A DNA stretch of 64,000 bases from an uncultured Verrucomicrobiae bacterium (GCA_963769025.1 CAVYKI010000009.1:1120001-1184000); one strand, 5' to 3'; shown: positions 42,825 through 54,203, counted from the first letter of the stretch. The notes: generated from the sequence alone by a model not told the origin. Made by a program: numbers and translations.

Positions 42825-44030
42825 ATGGCCGCGCCACTGACCGACGACGAACAGCGCCGCCGCAATTCCTGGATGGTGGTGATCATCCTCTGGACCGCAC
42901 TGATCGTCGGCGTGCTCATCCGCTCGCTGCTGAAACCGGGCAGCGGCACCGTGTTTCCCATATTCCACACCGCCGGCGGACGCTGGCTCCACGGCGAAAA
43001 CCTCTACTCCGGCGGCACCGACTACCTCTACAGCCCGCTCGTCGCCGCATTACTTTCGCCGCTCGCGCTGCTGCCGCTGTGGCTGGCGAACATCGTCTGG
43101 CGGCTCGCCGTCGTGGGCGCTTATCTCGCCGCCGTCCGGGCGTGGCTGCGCGACGGCACGAGCCGCATCTCGGCAAAAAGCCACGCTGCGGTGTTTCTCA
43201 TCCTCCTGCCGCTCTCGGTCGGAAGCATCAACAACGCGCAATCCAACCCGCTCGTGATCGCGCTCGTCATGTTCGCGCTCATCGCGTCGCGTGGATCGCG
43301 CTGGCTGCTGGCCGCGCTCTGCATCGCCGTCGTCGCCTACCTGAAAATCTACCCGCTCGCGGCAGGCCTGCTGCTCGCGGTCCTGTTTCCGAGGCAGTTT
43401 ACGTGGCGCCTCGGCGCGGCGCTCGTGGCGCTGGGCGCGCTGTCGTTCGTGCTGCAAAAGCCGGCCTACGTGCTCGAACAGTACCAAAACTGGGCCGCTA
43501 CGCGCTCCGTGGACGAGCGGCACTACGACGTGATGAACCGGCCACGCGACCTGTGGACGCTGCTCTACGCCTGCGGCATCGAGCTAAACTTGCGGCTCTA
43601 CTTTTTCATCCAGATCCTCGGCGGCGCATGCATCGCGGCGCTCTGCCTTTTCGGCCGGCTGAAAGGATGGGGCACGGATCGGCTGCTGACGCTCATCTTC
43701 ACCCTCGTATCGTGCTGGATGCTGCTGCTCGGCCCGGCGACCGAATCCGCGACTTACATCATCCTCGCGCCTGCCGTTTCCCTCGCGCTGGTCGAGGCAT
43801 TCAGCCGCCCGTTTCCAACGTGGATGCGCGCGCTCGTCACGACCGCGTTCACGATTCTCATCGGCGGTGCGGCGTTCATCGCGTTCGCAGGGCGGCGCCG
43901 CGACCTGTGGTCCATGTCCATCCAGCAAATCGGCACCGTGCTCTTCGCCGTCTTCGCACTCGCATGGATATTCAGGGATTCCCTCTGGCGCGACGACGAG
44001 GGTCGGGCGCGTTCGCCGAACGCGTCCTGA
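42825..44030 (+). CDS. Glycosyltransferase family 87 (DUF2029) membrane protein
   Basis: Polytopic membrane protein; YLYSP, NAQSNPL, LKIYP. Confidence 0.85.
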   Translation: MAAPLTDDEQRRRNSWMVVIILWTALIVGVLIRSLLKPGSGTVFPIFHTAGGRWLHGENLYSGGTDYLYSPLVAALLSPLALLPLWLANIVWRLAVVGAYLAAVRAWLRDGTSRISAKSHAAVFLILLPLSVGSINNAQSNPLVIALVMFALIASRGSRWLLAALCIAVVAYLKIYPLAAGLLLAVLFPRQFTWRLGAALVALGALSFVLQKPAYVLEQYQNWAATRSVDERHYDVMNRPRDLWTLLYACGIELNLRLYFFIQILGGACIAALCLFGRLKGWGTDRLLTLIFTLVSCWMLLLGPATESATYIILAPAVSLALVEAFSRPFPTWMRALVTTAFTILIGGAAFIAFAGRRRDLWSMSIQQIGTVLFAVFALAWIFRDSLWRDDEGRARSPNAS

Positions 44031-44057
44031 TCCGCGCGACGGCCCGGCGAGTTGTCG

Positions 44058-45956
44058 TTACGCGACGGACGCCACACGAACTGCCTCGAGTTCCTCCCAT
44101 CGGGCAAAAAGCGCCGCCGCACGCGACTTCGCAGCCTCGAGCTTCGCCTCCCATTCGGGGAATTCCTTCGAGCGCGTGACGAAGAACGCGGGATCCGCGA
44201 GCATCTTCTCGATCTCGGCGGCCTCGGCCTCCGCTGCGTGGATCGCATCCTCGATGCCGTCGAGTTCCTTCTGCTCCTTGTAGCTGAGCTTCCGCGCCCG
44301 CGCTTTTTCGGGCTGCACGACCACTTTCACGGCAGGCTTCGGGATTTCTACGATCGGTCCCTTTGCGAGCGCGCGCTTCTTTTCGAGATAGTAGTCGTAG
44401 TCGCCGACGTTCAGCTCCACGCGCCCGTCGTCTTCGAATGCGAGGATGTGCGTGCAGACGCGATTCAGAAACCAGCGGTCATGGCTGACGACGAGCACGC
44501 AGCCGCCGAATTCCGCGAGGCCTTCCTCGAGAATTTGCAGCGTCGAAAGATCGAGGTCGTTCGTCGGCTCGTCGAGGATGAGCAGGTTGCCGCCTCGGAG
44601 CAAAATTTTTGCAATCGCGAGCCGGCTGCGCTCTCCGCCACTGAGGGATTTGATGCGACCATTGATCGCCTCGTCGGTGAAAAGATAGCGCTTCAGGTAG
44701 CTGCGGACATGCAGCTTGTGGTCGCCGAGCACGACCCAGTCGCTCTTGCCCGAGATGGCCTCCATCACGCTCTCCTCGTCGCGGAGGACTTCACGGTTCT
44801 GGTCCACGTAATTGATCACCGTGCGCGCGCCGATCTTCACCTCGCCCCATGTCGGCTTCTGCTCGCCGAGGATGATACGCAGCAGCGTGGTCTTGCCTGC
44901 GCCGTTGCGTCCTACGAAACCGACGCGGGCGCCGGGAGGAAGCTCCAGCGAGAGGTAGTCGAAAAGTTTCCGCCCGCCGATTTCCACGCCGACATTGATG
45001 AGGTCGAGGATGGTGTTCCCGAGCTTCGGCGGCGGCGGGATGATGAGGTCCACATCCTCCTCGCGCTGCGGGCCAGCCTGCGCGGCGAGTTCGTGATAGC
45101 GCGCGATGCGATCCACGCTCTTCGTGCGGCGCGCGCTCGGGCCCTTGCGGACCCATTCGAGTTCGCGTGCGAGAAATTTTTGACGCTGGCGCTCGCTCGA
45201 CTCCTCACCGGCTTCACGCTCGGCCTTTGTCGTGAGGTATTGCTGGTAGTTGCCCGGGTAGGAATAGAACTGCCCGGCCTTCAACTCGACGATGCGCGAG
45301 GCAACACGGTCGAGGAAGTAGCGGTCGTGGGTGACGAGGAAGCAGGTGCCGGGATAGCTGCGCAGGAAATTTTCCAGCCACTCGACGCTCTGCGGATCGA
45401 GGTGGTTCGTCGGTTCGTCGAGGATGAGAAGCTCCGGCTGCGCGATGAGCGCGCGGCAGAGTGCGACGCGGCGCTTTTCCCCGCCGCTCAGCGGGCGGAC
45501 GATGCGATCCGCAGCGGGCGCGTGGAGATTTTGCAGCAGGCTTTTCAGGCGTGAGTCGAGATTCCAGCCGTCGTGCCGCTCGATCTCGTCGAGCAAATCC
45601 GCGCCGCGGTGCGAGTCGCCGGGCGTGTTTTCGTATTCGGCGATGATGTCGAGGATGTGCTGCGCGCCGCTGAGCACGTTGGCCTCCACGGTCGCATCCA
45701 GATCGAGGTCGAACGTCTGCGACAGGAAGCCTGTCATGATTCCGCGACGCCGCGAAACTTCGCCCTCATCCGGCTCTAAATCACCTGCGATGATTTTGAG
45801 CAGTGTGCTTTTTCCGCAGCCGTTGCGACCGACGAGGCCGACGTGTTCTCCCTCGTGCAGTGCGATGGTGGAACCGCCCAGAAGCGTCGTCGCGCCGTAG
45901 CGGACGACGAGGCCATTGGCGCTGACGACGGGTGTTGCGTTTGCGGGTGCGGACAT
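44058..45956 (-). CDS. uup: ABC-F family ATPase (Uup-like)
   Basis: Two ABC domains ([41 protein letters not shown]) and a C-terminal [10 protein letters not shown] coiled coil. Confidence 0.85.
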   Translation of the reverse strand: MSAPANATPVVSANGLVVRYGATTLLGGSTIALHEGEHVGLVGRNGCGKSTLLKIIAGDLEPDEGEVSRRRGIMTGFLSQTFDLDLDATVEANVLSGAQHILDIIAEYENTPGDSHRGADLLDEIERHDGWNLDSRLKSLLQNLHAPAADRIVRPLSGGEKRRVALCRALIAQPELLILDEPTNHLDPQSVEWLENFLRSYPGTCFLVTHDRYFLDRVASRIVELKAGQFYSYPGNYQQYLTTKAEREAGEESSERQRQKFLARELEWVRKGPSARRTKSVDRIARYHELAAQAGPQREEDVDLIIPPPPKLGNTILDLINVGVEIGGRKLFDYLSLELPPGARVGFVGRNGAGKTTLLRIILGEQKPTWGEVKIGARTVINYVDQNREVLRDEESVMEAISGKSDWVVLGDHKLHVRSYLKRYLFTDEAINGRIKSLSGGERSRLAIAKILLRGGNLLILDEPTNDLDLSTLQILEEGLAEFGGCVLVVSHDRWFLNRVCTHILAFEDDGRVELNVGDYDYYLEKKRALAKGPIVEIPKPAVKVVVQPEKARARKLSYKEQKELDGIEDAIHAAEAEAAEIEKMLADPAFFVTRSKEFPEWEAKLEAAKSRAAALFARWEELEAVRVASVA

Positions 45957-46032
45957 TGGAAGTGATTTTGGGAAAAAGAAAACGCGGGTGGTGTGCCCGC
46001 GTTTTCGAGGAGCGATTGGATGCGCGTCGCGC

Positions 46033-47030
46033 TTAGCCTCCGACGGCTGCGCGGGCATCCGCGGCGAGGGCGGTGGAGAGGTAGCGCTCGCCGGTCGAGC
46101 AGGCGACGGTGACGATGAGCTTGCCCTTGTTCTCCGGGCGCTTCGCGACCTGGATGGCGGCCCACACGTTCGCGCCGGTGCTGATGCCGACGAGGATGCC
46201 TTCCTCCTTCGCGAGGCGGCGCGCGATGGCGAACGAGTCGTCGTTCGACACCTTCACGCACTCGACGATCTGCGGCTTCCCCGCGGCGTCCTTGAGGTGG
46301 AGATTGTTCGGCACGAAGCCCGCGCCGGTGCCCTGAATCTTGTGCGGGCCGGGCTTCACGGGCTCGCCTGCGAGCGTCTGCGAAATGACCGGCGAATCCG
46401 CGGGTTCGACGGCGATGGCGGTGAACGACGCCTTGCGCGGTTTGATGACTTCGGTGACGCCGGTGATCGTTCCACCGGTGCCGACCGCGGCGACGAGGAT
46501 GTCGATCTTCCCGTCCGTGTCCGCCCACAGCTCCTCGGCGGTCGTCTTCGAGTGGATGGCCGGATTCGCGGGGTTGTTGAACTGCTGCGGCATCCACGCA
46601 TTCGGCGTGTCCTTCACGAGCTGCTTCGGCGCGCGCGATGGCGCCCTTCATGCCCTCGGTGCCGGGCGTGAGGACGAGCTTCGCACCGAGCATCGCGAGC
46701 AGCGTGCGGCGCTCGACGGACATCGTCTCGGGCATCGTGAGGATGAGCTTGTAGCCCTTCGCCGCCGCGACGAATGCGAGCGCGATGCCCGTGTTGCCGC
46801 TCGTGGGCTCGACGATGACGGTGTCCTTGTTCAAAATGCCGCGCTTCTCCGCATCCTCGATCATCGCCACGCCGATACGGTCCTTCACCGAGCCGAGCGG
46901 GTTGAAAAATTCGCACTTGAGCGCGATCGTCGTGCTCGGGTCCACGCCTTCGGCAGGCCGGGATGCGGTTGAGTTTCACCAGCGGCGTGCGGCCGACGGT
47001 TTCGATGATGTTGTTGTAGATGTTGCCCAT
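46033..47030 (-). CDS. cysK: Cysteine synthase A, frameshifts near 46950 and 46625
   Basis: [56 protein letters not shown]. Confidence 0.93.
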
Positions 47031-47135
47031 GGTGAGGATGAGTTGGTTGAAAGGAGTGCCGTGTCTAGCGGTCAGCGCCCGGAGCGGCAAGGCGGAGTTT
47101 TACGCGACTCACACCATCATTGGAGCGACTGCCTG

Positions 47136-47312
47136 TTATTCGACGTCTTCGTTTTCACGCTTCCGCTCAATCCAATCGTCGAACTCTTCATGTAAACTCT
47201 CAGTATCCTGTTCGAGATCCCAATCCTCGCCGTATTTTTTCATCAGGTAAGTTTCTCTCGCAGCAGCGTATCGAGCATCCACGCCTGCTTGCTCAAACTT
47301 GCGCCGCGTTTC
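47136..47312 (-). pseudogene. 3' remnant of a low-GC acidic ORF cut by the IS3 element
   Basis: Reads ETRRKFEQAGVDARYAAARETYLM then, after a frameshift in an A-run, KYGEDWDLEQDTESLHEEFDDWIERKRENEDVE*. A possible 5' part (MSEQYVFAFLEERPQLN) lies at 48130..48181. Confidence 0.4.
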
Positions 47313-47341
47313 TGGCCTGCCCCCGGTTTTTGAGCCACTCG

Positions 47342-47784
47342 CTATGAGAGTTTTTGGTTGGGTTCGGGTGTTTGGTTGTTGGTTTGGTGTTCTTGGGGAA
47401 GAGCGCAGCCATGCGGCTGCCGGAGCGTAGCGGAGGCGGCCGCATGGCTGCGCTGCGCGAACTCCACGGGCGTCTGGTCCTCCAGCGAGGAATGCGGGCG
47501 TCCTTGGTTGTGCCAGTGCCGGTGTTGCCTGCCGAGCACTTTTGCCTCCAACACCGACGCGAAGGCTTCACGGTTCAGGAACTCGTCGCGGTAGCCCGCC
47601 CGCGGATGGGCCGCCGAAATGCGTCGCAGTTCCGCGGCCAGCGCCGCGTCCTTGCTTCGCCGCCGCCCGCGGTAGCGTTGCGTGCTGCGCGGCTGCCGGA
47701 TCGTGGTGCAGGCCCGGCGTTCGCTCACGGCCAGCTCGTGCTGCACATGCACCACGGCTTCTCGTTTGCGCTCCGGGCCTACCA
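47342..47784 (-). pseudogene. IS3 OrfB transposase lacking most of the DDE core
   Basis: SERRAC...HPRAGYR is joined directly to DEFLN...HNQGRPHSSL. Confidence 0.88.
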
Positions 47785-48057
47785 TTTTCCCTCCGCAATC
47801 TCCTTGAGGATCGCCTTGTCCAGCGACAGGTCGGCCACCAGCTTCTTGAGCCGTCCGTTTTCCTTCTCCAGCTCCTTGAGCCGTTTGACGGTCTCCTCCT
47901 TGGCCCCGCCATATTCCTGCCGCCATCGGTGGTAGGTCGGCGGGCTGACTTCCAGCTTCTTGCAGACTTCCTCAACGCCCTGGCCTCCGGCCAGCAGCGT
48001 CGCCGCCTCGCGCAGCTTCTTGATGATCTCTTCGGGTGTGTGTCGTTTGCGTTTCAT
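47779..48057 (-). CDS. IS3 OrfA (HTH transposase subunit)
   Basis: MKRKRHTPEEII.KL, TYHRWRQEYGG, LKELEKEN.RLKKLVADLSLD; overlaps OrfB at GGGAAAATGG. Confidence 0.93.
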   Translation of the reverse strand: MKRKRHTPEEIIKKLREAATLLAGGQGVEEVCKKLEVSPPTYHRWRQEYGGAKEETVKRLKELEKENGRLKKLVADLSLDKAILKEIAEGKW

Positions 48058-48238
48058 GGTGAGAGTTCGGCGGCGCTCACGCGCCGCCAACTCTCATAGC
48101 GCCTGGATCAGTTTTTGGGGAGCACGCCAGATTGAGCTGCGGGCGCTCTTCTAGAAACGCGAAAACATATTGCTCACTCATTTGCCGCCATTTTACCGGT
48201 CAAAAACACGCGTCAAAGCGTGAAATCTACCATCCGGG

Positions 48239-49030
48239 CTACTTCACGCCGGCCATCGCCGTCCAGAATCCGAAATGCTGCAGCGCCTCCACGACTCCCG
48301 CGCTGGCTGCGCCTTTGGCGAGGTACCCGCCGGCGGTGCGGACGGTGAGCTTCACCTCCTCGCAGGAATTCGACGGGCATGCGACCCACTTGGCGAAGCT
48401 GCCGTCGAGCATCGGGATGTCGTTGTGATGGTCGCCGGCGGCGAAAATCGCGTTGTGGTCGAGGCCGAGGAGGCGTGCGAGTTCGCCGAGCGCGGTGCCT
48501 TTGCTATACGCCTCGTGGCAGAAGCGGATATAGATCGTGTTGCGCTGGTAGCTGAAGATGGGCAGGCGCGCGCGCAGTTCGTCGAGGAAATGGCAGAAGC
48601 GGTCCATGTCGGCGTTGCTCGCGGTGATGGCGCCGATGAAGCGGCCCTTATCCATGAGCGTCTGCGCGCCCTCGAACCGCTCGATGAATGCGAGCACCTC
48701 GGCGAGCAGCGGGCCGGCGAGCCGGAACAGCTCGTCGTGGTCGCGCACGCCGCGCTCGTTCCAATCGCCAAATGGCTTCCACGCGCCGTCCTCCTCGCGG
48801 TGGTAAATGTCGCGCTCCTCGACGATGGCGTAATCTGGCTGGATGGGCAGGGCGAATTCGCGCTTCAGCCCGTCGTCCATGTGCCAAAGCGTGCGGCCGG
48901 TGTTCACGGCCCACTTCACCCCGGCGGCCCGGAGGTCGCGCAGGGCCGTGATCATCTCCGGCACGACGGAAGGTTTCGCGTCGTGGTTGATGATGGTGCC
49001 GTCGAAGTCGGTGCTCAGGAGCTGAAGCAT
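48239..49030 (-). CDS. HAD-superfamily hydrolase (Cof/IIB-like)
   Basis: STDFDGT, NTGR, SKGTAL, GDHHNDIPML. Confidence 0.9.
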   Translation of the reverse strand: MLQLLSTDFDGTIINHDAKPSVVPEMITALRDLRAAGVKWAVNTGRTLWHMDDGLKREFALPIQPDYAIVEERDIYHREEDGAWKPFGDWNERGVRDHDELFRLAGPLLAEVLAFIERFEGAQTLMDKGRFIGAITASNADMDRFCHFLDELRARLPIFSYQRNTIYIRFCHEAYSKGTALGELARLLGLDHNAIFAAGDHHNDIPMLDGSFAKWVACPSNSCEEVKLTVRTAGGYLAKGAASAGVVEALQHFGFWTAMAGVK

Positions 49031-49133
49031 GGATGGAGAGTTGATGATTGAGGGTTGCGAGTCGCTCAGTCTAGATTCGTTTCCGCCAAAAGGACGGCGA
49101 CACTCAACTCTCAACACAAAACTCTCAACCTGA

Positions 49134-49416
<283 letters not shown>

Positions 49417-49551
49417 CACCCGGATACGACGGCGGATTTGCGGCGCCTGAAGAGGAGTGACGCGCATCGCCTGCACTTTGCCACTGGCTGTGCAGTCGCC
49501 ATCCCCCGCAGCCCTTGACTCTCCCCGCGCGCTCCGCTGGCATCGCGCCGC

Positions 49552-50586
49552 ATGAAATCCCTCCCCGCCATCGTCCTGTCGCTCACGTTCGCCGCAATCG
49601 CATCCGCTGAAGATCAGTGGATCACCTACGAGGGCAAGGAGGGGCCCGGCAAAGGCAAGCGCGTCGTGCTGCTCGCGGGCGACGAGGAATACCGCTCGGA
49701 GGAAGCGTTGCCGATGCTCGGAAAGCTGCTCAGCCAGCGGCACGGTTTCACGGCCACCGTGCTTTTCTCGATCAACAAGGAGACCGGCGAAATCGATCCG
49801 AACACCCCGGACAATGAGCCGGGCATGGCGGCGCTCGACAAGGCGGACCTCGTCATCACTTCGCTGCGCTTCCGCCGCTGGCCGGATGAGCAGTTCAGAC
49901 ATTTCGCGGACTACGTGAAGGCCGGCAAACCCGTCATCGGTCTGCGCACGAGCACGCATGCGTTCTCGGGCATCAAGGGCGAATTCGCGCCGTTCAACGC
50001 ATTCGGGAAAAAGGTGTACGGCGAGGGCTGGGTGAGCCATTGGGGCAGGCACAAGGGCGAGGCCACGCGCGGCGTCATCGAAAGCGGCGCAAAGGACGAC
50101 GTCCTCCTGCGCGGAGTGAGCGATATATTCGGTGACACCGACGTGTATGAAGCCTACCCGCCCGCCGATGCGAAGATCCTCATCCGCGGCGTCGTGCTCA
50201 AAGGCATGAAGCCGGGCGACGAGCCGGCCGATTACAAAAAGAAGCGCGCGACGGACAAGCAGGAGCAGGGTATCAACGAGCCCGCGATGCCGGTTGTCTG
50301 GACGAGGGTGAATGACAACGACTTTGGCAAAGGCAACAAGGTCCTCTGCACCACGCTCGGCTCCGCCACCGACCTCGAGAATGAGGGCCTCCGCCGCCTC
50401 CTCGTGAACGCCGCCTACTCGTTCACGGGCCTCGAAGTGCCGGCGAAGGCGAACGTCGAATACGTCGATCCCTACAAGCCGCTCTTCTACGGCTTCAACG
50501 GATTCCGCAAGGGCCTGAAGGTCTCCGATCTGGCCCTCGGCAAGGCACTGCCCGAACTGCCGCTCGCGAATGAAAAGAAAAAGTGA
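49552..50586 (+). CDS. ThuA-like domain exported protein
   Basis: Signal peptide; GDEEYRSEE, GKPVIGLRTSTHAF, PVVWTR, TTLG. Confidence 0.85.
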   Translation: MKSLPAIVLSLTFAAIASAEDQWITYEGKEGPGKGKRVVLLAGDEEYRSEEALPMLGKLLSQRHGFTATVLFSINKETGEIDPNTPDNEPGMAALDKADLVITSLRFRRWPDEQFRHFADYVKAGKPVIGLRTSTHAFSGIKGEFAPFNAFGKKVYGEGWVSHWGRHKGEATRGVIESGAKDDVLLRGVSDIFGDTDVYEAYPPADAKILIRGVVLKGMKPGDEPADYKKKRATDKQEQGINEPAMPVVWTRVNDNDFGKGNKVLCTTLGSATDLENEGLRRLLVNAAYSFTGLEVPAKANVEYVDPYKPLFYGFNGFRKGLKVSDLALGKALPELPLANEKKK

Positions 50587-50598
50587 GCGCGCGGGCGC

Positions 50599-51681
50599 TC
50601 AGCGGGCCGTGCGCTTCCCGCGCGGGACGGATGCGACGGCGCTCCCCGCAAGGGGGACCTCGCGCCACCCGGACGAGTCGAAGAAAAGCCGCCGGCTGCT
50701 CACTTTCACGAAAACCGATTCGAGCGGGCGCAGCGCCGCGGCAGGAATACGCACCTCGGTCACCGCTCCCTTCACGCGCACCGTGCACCTGCGCTGAAGC
50801 GCTCCGCAGGTTTCATCGCGCAATTCCACACAGCGGCTCCGTGACGGCAGCGGGAGCGACCAGCGGACCATCCCGAGCGGAATGCTTTGCGCAGCGATAA
50901 ACAGCCGTCTCCGCGGCAGCGGCGCGCGAACGCTGCGGACTAGAAGCCTGAGCGCGCCGTCCTTGAATGACGCCTCGCTCACCGGATGGTGCGCGGAAGT
51001 TTCGACCGCCGCCGGCAGCAGATCGTAAGGCTCCTCCGCCCTCGCGTACGCAGTGAAGCGCCGCTTGCTCAGCGCCATCTGCGTCTCGTGGCAGAGAATG
51101 GCCTGCCGTTTGTCGCGCATCTCCGCGGGGGTGAGCCGGAGACAGAGCGCTGGTCCCGGCGCGGACTTGCCCCGCCGGTGGACGACGTAGGTGAGCACCC
51201 GGCAGTCGGCGAGCGCGCCGGAAAAAGCGAAGCGCGCCAGCACATGCAGCGCGCTGTGGTCGGGATGCGCGTCGTCCGCGGACGGCAGGATCACAATGGT
51301 CGGTCGCAAGGCCGCGAACTCGGCCCGCAGCGTCGCGATGGTCTGTTCGCCGCCGCGCAGCAGCACGCGCGTGACACCCTGGTCCGGCAGATTCAGGAAA
51401 ATGGAGGACGCATCGGTCCCGAGGAGAAAGCGCAACGCCGCCCGCGCCTCGTCCCTCCGGCGAGCCGCCCAGCGCAGTCGCGCCGACGCCGAGATGAATA
51501 CGCGCTTCTCGACCGCGCGCTGCGGCCACGGATTGTCATCGCCGCTCGTGCCAAAAATGACACCCACCTCCGCACCCGCCTGTTTCACACGCAGGAGGAG
51601 TCCGCCTGCGCCGATTGATTCGTCATCCGGATGCGGCGCGACGACGAGGATCCGATCCGTAGGTGAAATGGTGATCTGCAT
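50599..51681 (-). CDS. PIG-L family deacetylase
   Basis: VAPHPDDESIG, RRRDE, DAHPDH, HETQ. Confidence 0.9.
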   Translation of the reverse strand: MQITISPTDRILVVAPHPDDESIGAGGLLLRVKQAGAEVGVIFGTSGDDNPWPQRAVEKRVFISASARLRWAARRRDEARAALRFLLGTDASSIFLNLPDQGVTRVLLRGGEQTIATLRAEFAALRPTIVILPSADDAHPDHSALHVLARFAFSGALADCRVLTYVVHRRGKSAPGPALCLRLTPAEMRDKRQAILCHETQMALSKRRFTAYARAEEPYDLLPAAVETSAHHPVSEASFKDGALRLLVRSVRAPLPRRRLFIAAQSIPLGMVRWSLPLPSRSRCVELRDETCGALQRRCTVRVKGAVTEVRIPAAALRPLESVFVKVSSRRLFFDSSGWREVPLAGSAVASVPRGKRTAR

Positions 51682-51875
51682 GGACCGCGCGGACGCTAGC
51701 TGGACGCCGCGGGATGGCAACGCGGGAAACCGCGGAGCATCCGCAACCCACTGCGCGCACGCCTTGCGACGAATCGCCAATCACGTTTGCCGGCGCCCTT
51801 CACGCTCTGCTCTTGTGAAAAAATTCCCCTTGCCAACCCATCCCCTCATTCCCATCTTCCCCGCCCGCTGCGAAC

Positions 51876-51948
51876 GGGGTCTTAGCTCAGTTGGTAGAGC
51901 GCCTGAATGGCATTCAGGAGGTCAGGGGTTCGAACCCCCTAGGCTCCA
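51876..51948 (+). tRNA. tRNA-Ala (GGC)
   Basis: GGGGTCTTAGCTCAG...CCTGA-ATGGCAT-TCAGG...GGTTCGAACC...AGGCTCCA; G3:U70 pair; CCA not encoded. Confidence 0.97.
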
Positions 51949-52247
51949 CTCCTTTCGTCAGAAAGAGAGTCCCGCCCGTGGATTCCGGTGGGCGGAGCGG
52001 GACATCAATGGCAGCGCACCGGCCTCGTACCGCCGCACGGATTTACCTCTTGGCCCGACGCGGGCTACCGCGTCCACTCGTACCGGCATGTGAATCGTAG
52101 TCGGACGGCTCGCTGGTCGCCACGGTCGGCGAGGGCGCATTGGTGAGTGCCGGTGTCGCTGGGAAATGCGCTGACGCGAGCCCATTCGGTCCGACGGACA
52201 TCCGGGCGGAAACCCGGTGCGGTATCCAAGCCGTGCGCCGAGCGCCA

Positions 52248-52586
52248 TCAGGCGTCCTTGCGGATTTTTCCGCCCCACGAAAGGATCCGCGCCTTTCCTC
52301 CTGCGGCCTCGGCCTCGGGCACCTGGTGATTCTTGACGTAGCAGATGCTCAGCGTGCTCCACGCGAGCTGGTCGTTCGGGCGCAGCTCGGTGTTTTTCAA
52401 AGCTGCAGGAATCGCCTCGGAATGACGGCCGAGCTTCATCAGCGCCATGGCGAGCGCGTGCCACGCATCGGCGAAATCCGGCGCGAGCTCCGTGCAGCGG
52501 CGGTACTTTTCCACGGCCGCGTCGAGTTCGCCGAGGGCGAGATCGCCGTTCGCGTCGTCGAAGAGCTCGTCGAGTTCGGGCGTCAT
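52248..52586 (-). CDS. Small TPR protein
   Basis: TPR-like helices (ELAPDFADAWHALA, ELRPNDQLAW). Confidence 0.85.
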   Translation of the reverse strand: MTPELDELFDDANGDLALGELDAAVEKYRRCTELAPDFADAWHALAMALMKLGRHSEAIPAALKNTELRPNDQLAWSTLSICYVKNHQVPEAEAAGGKARILSWGGKIRKDA

Positions 52587-52601
52587 GAAAAGGCGCGGGC
52601 G

Positions 52602-54110
52602 CTACTGGCGCAGCGTGCGCGGCTTCAGCCCTGCGGCGACCCTGCGGTCCGCGAGCCACGCCTGGAATGCCATCATCTGGCGGGACGACTGGATGTATTC
52701 CGCGATGCGCGCGGTGGCTTCCTCCATTCCCTTTTCATCCACGGCAGGCCGCTGATCGACATGGACAATGAGCGCAGCTCCCGAAGTCGGAACGACGTCG
52801 CTGATGTCGCCGGGCGCGAGCTTGGCCGACGCGGACTGGACGACTTCCGCGAAGGGCGTTTGCGGCGGGATGCGCTGCATCATCGAGAACGCGGGAAACG
52901 CGACCGGCTTGAGCGCGAGCGCCGTCGCGGCTTCCGCGAAGGACTTCCCGGCCTTGCGGGCCTCCACCAGTTTACCGCGGATTTCGCGGGCCTTCTCCAT
53001 CATCGCGGTGTCGGCCTTTTCGGCGAGGAGCTCGTCCTCGAGCTGCTTGCGCACTTTGTCGAACGGGAGCTGCTCGGGCGCCTTCGTCTCCTTGAAGACG
53101 AGCACGTAGGTTCCATTCCCGAGCGGGATGTGCGTGCTGTACGGCTTCTCCTTCGTGAGCGCAAAGGCCGCCTCGGCTGCGACCGTGGAGCCTTCGAGTT
53201 CCGCCGGCCCCTTGTCACGGGAGAAAAATTCTGCGGTCTCGCCGATCGTCGCACCGGCCTGCTTCGCAGCCTCGTCGAAATTCACGGCCGGCTTTTGCAG
53301 CGCCGTCGCGAAATCATACGCCGCATTCGCGAGCTTCTGGAGTTCCTCGGTCTTTTTCGATTCCTCCATGGGCTTGCCATCCGCGGTGGGCGGCAGCGCA
53401 AAGGCCGCGAAGCGCACCTTGCGCATTTCCGGCGACTTCAGGAAATCCTTCTTCGCCTCGTAGCGCTGCTTGATTTCGTCCTCCGTCACCTTTTGCGCGG
53501 CGCGGAAATCCTCGGCCTTGAACGACACGTACGAAGCCTCGGTCGTGAGGCGTTCACGGATGAACTCGTCCTTAATCTCGGACGGCGTCGGCGGCATCGT
53601 CGAAGCGAGAAGCGCGGCGATTTTCCGAACGCGCACCTCGGCGATGATGAACTGCTCGATCTGCGTCTTGCTGAATCCCTCGGGGTTCAGCGCCTGCTGC
53701 ACGAAGAAGTCGAAACGGGCCGCGTCGAACTTCCCGTCCTGGCCCATGAAAGCGCGCGTCTCGGCGAGCTGTTTCTCGACTTCCTCCTGCGTGACCGAGA
53801 TGCCGAGCGCGTTGGCCTCGCCGTCAAACAGCAGCGAATTTTCCACACCCTCCGGCGAGAGCGACCCAAACCGCGTGTTGGGATCCATCAGCTGCGCATA
53901 CGCATCGCCGAGCCGCGTGTGAACGAGCATGATGCCCCGCTCGCGCCGCCAGACCTCCTCGCTGACGGGCTTGCCGTGAATCACCGCCGCGGGGCCGCCA
54001 TGGCTGGATTTTGCGTACCAGCTCGGCGTCCACCACACGAAGGTGATGATGATGAACACCGTCACGAAAATCATGATGGGCCGGCTGAATTTGCGGAGGA
54101 TGGTGACCAT
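52602..54110 (-). CDS. SurA-N/PpiD-like periplasmic chaperone
   Basis: N-terminal TM anchor; LGISVTQEEV, F...DGKFD, VTEDEIKQRYE, LPFDKVR. Confidence 0.8.
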   Translation of the reverse strand: MVTILRKFSRPIMIFVTVFIIITFVWWTPSWYAKSSHGGPAAVIHGKPVSEEVWRRERGIMLVHTRLGDAYAQLMDPNTRFGSLSPEGVENSLLFDGEANALGISVTQEEVEKQLAETRAFMGQDGKFDAARFDFFVQQALNPEGFSKTQIEQFIIAEVRVRKIAALLASTMPPTPSEIKDEFIRERLTTEASYVSFKAEDFRAAQKVTEDEIKQRYEAKKDFLKSPEMRKVRFAAFALPPTADGKPMEESKKTEELQKLANAAYDFATALQKPAVNFDEAAKQAGATIGETAEFFSRDKGPAELEGSTVAAEAAFALTKEKPYSTHIPLGNGTYVLVFKETKAPEQLPFDKVRKQLEDELLAEKADTAMMEKAREIRGKLVEARKAGKSFAEAATALALKPVAFPAFSMMQRIPPQTPFAEVVQSASAKLAPGDISDVVPTSGAALIVHVDQRPAVDEKGMEEATARIAEYIQSSRQMMAFQAWLADRRVAAGLKPRTLRQ

Positions 54111-54203
54111 TGGTTTTTTAAAAAAGCTGCGGAAGTGTGTTGCGTCGGTCCGGCGGAGGAGAGTAGGTATTGCGCCACATTCCCCCGCCCGAAGACAAAG
54201 GCC

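Larger units (their letters stand above)
47313..48129 (-). mobile_element. IS3-family element with an internal deletion (817 bp)
   Basis: TG...CA ends; ~40-bp imperfect IRs TGGCGTGCTCCCC...CGCTATGAGAGTT / TGGCCTGCCCCC...CGCTATGAGAGTT. No target duplication visible. Confidence 0.92.

Noticed and set aside
36885..47030. True pseudogenes or programmed frameshifting in the RND pump, dapL and cysK
   Set aside because: Indels are numerous and scattered while motifs stay intact, which fits consensus error better.
51876..52250. tRNA-anchored genomic island
   Set aside because: No integrase follows the tRNA, and I saw no duplicated tRNA 3' end in the window.
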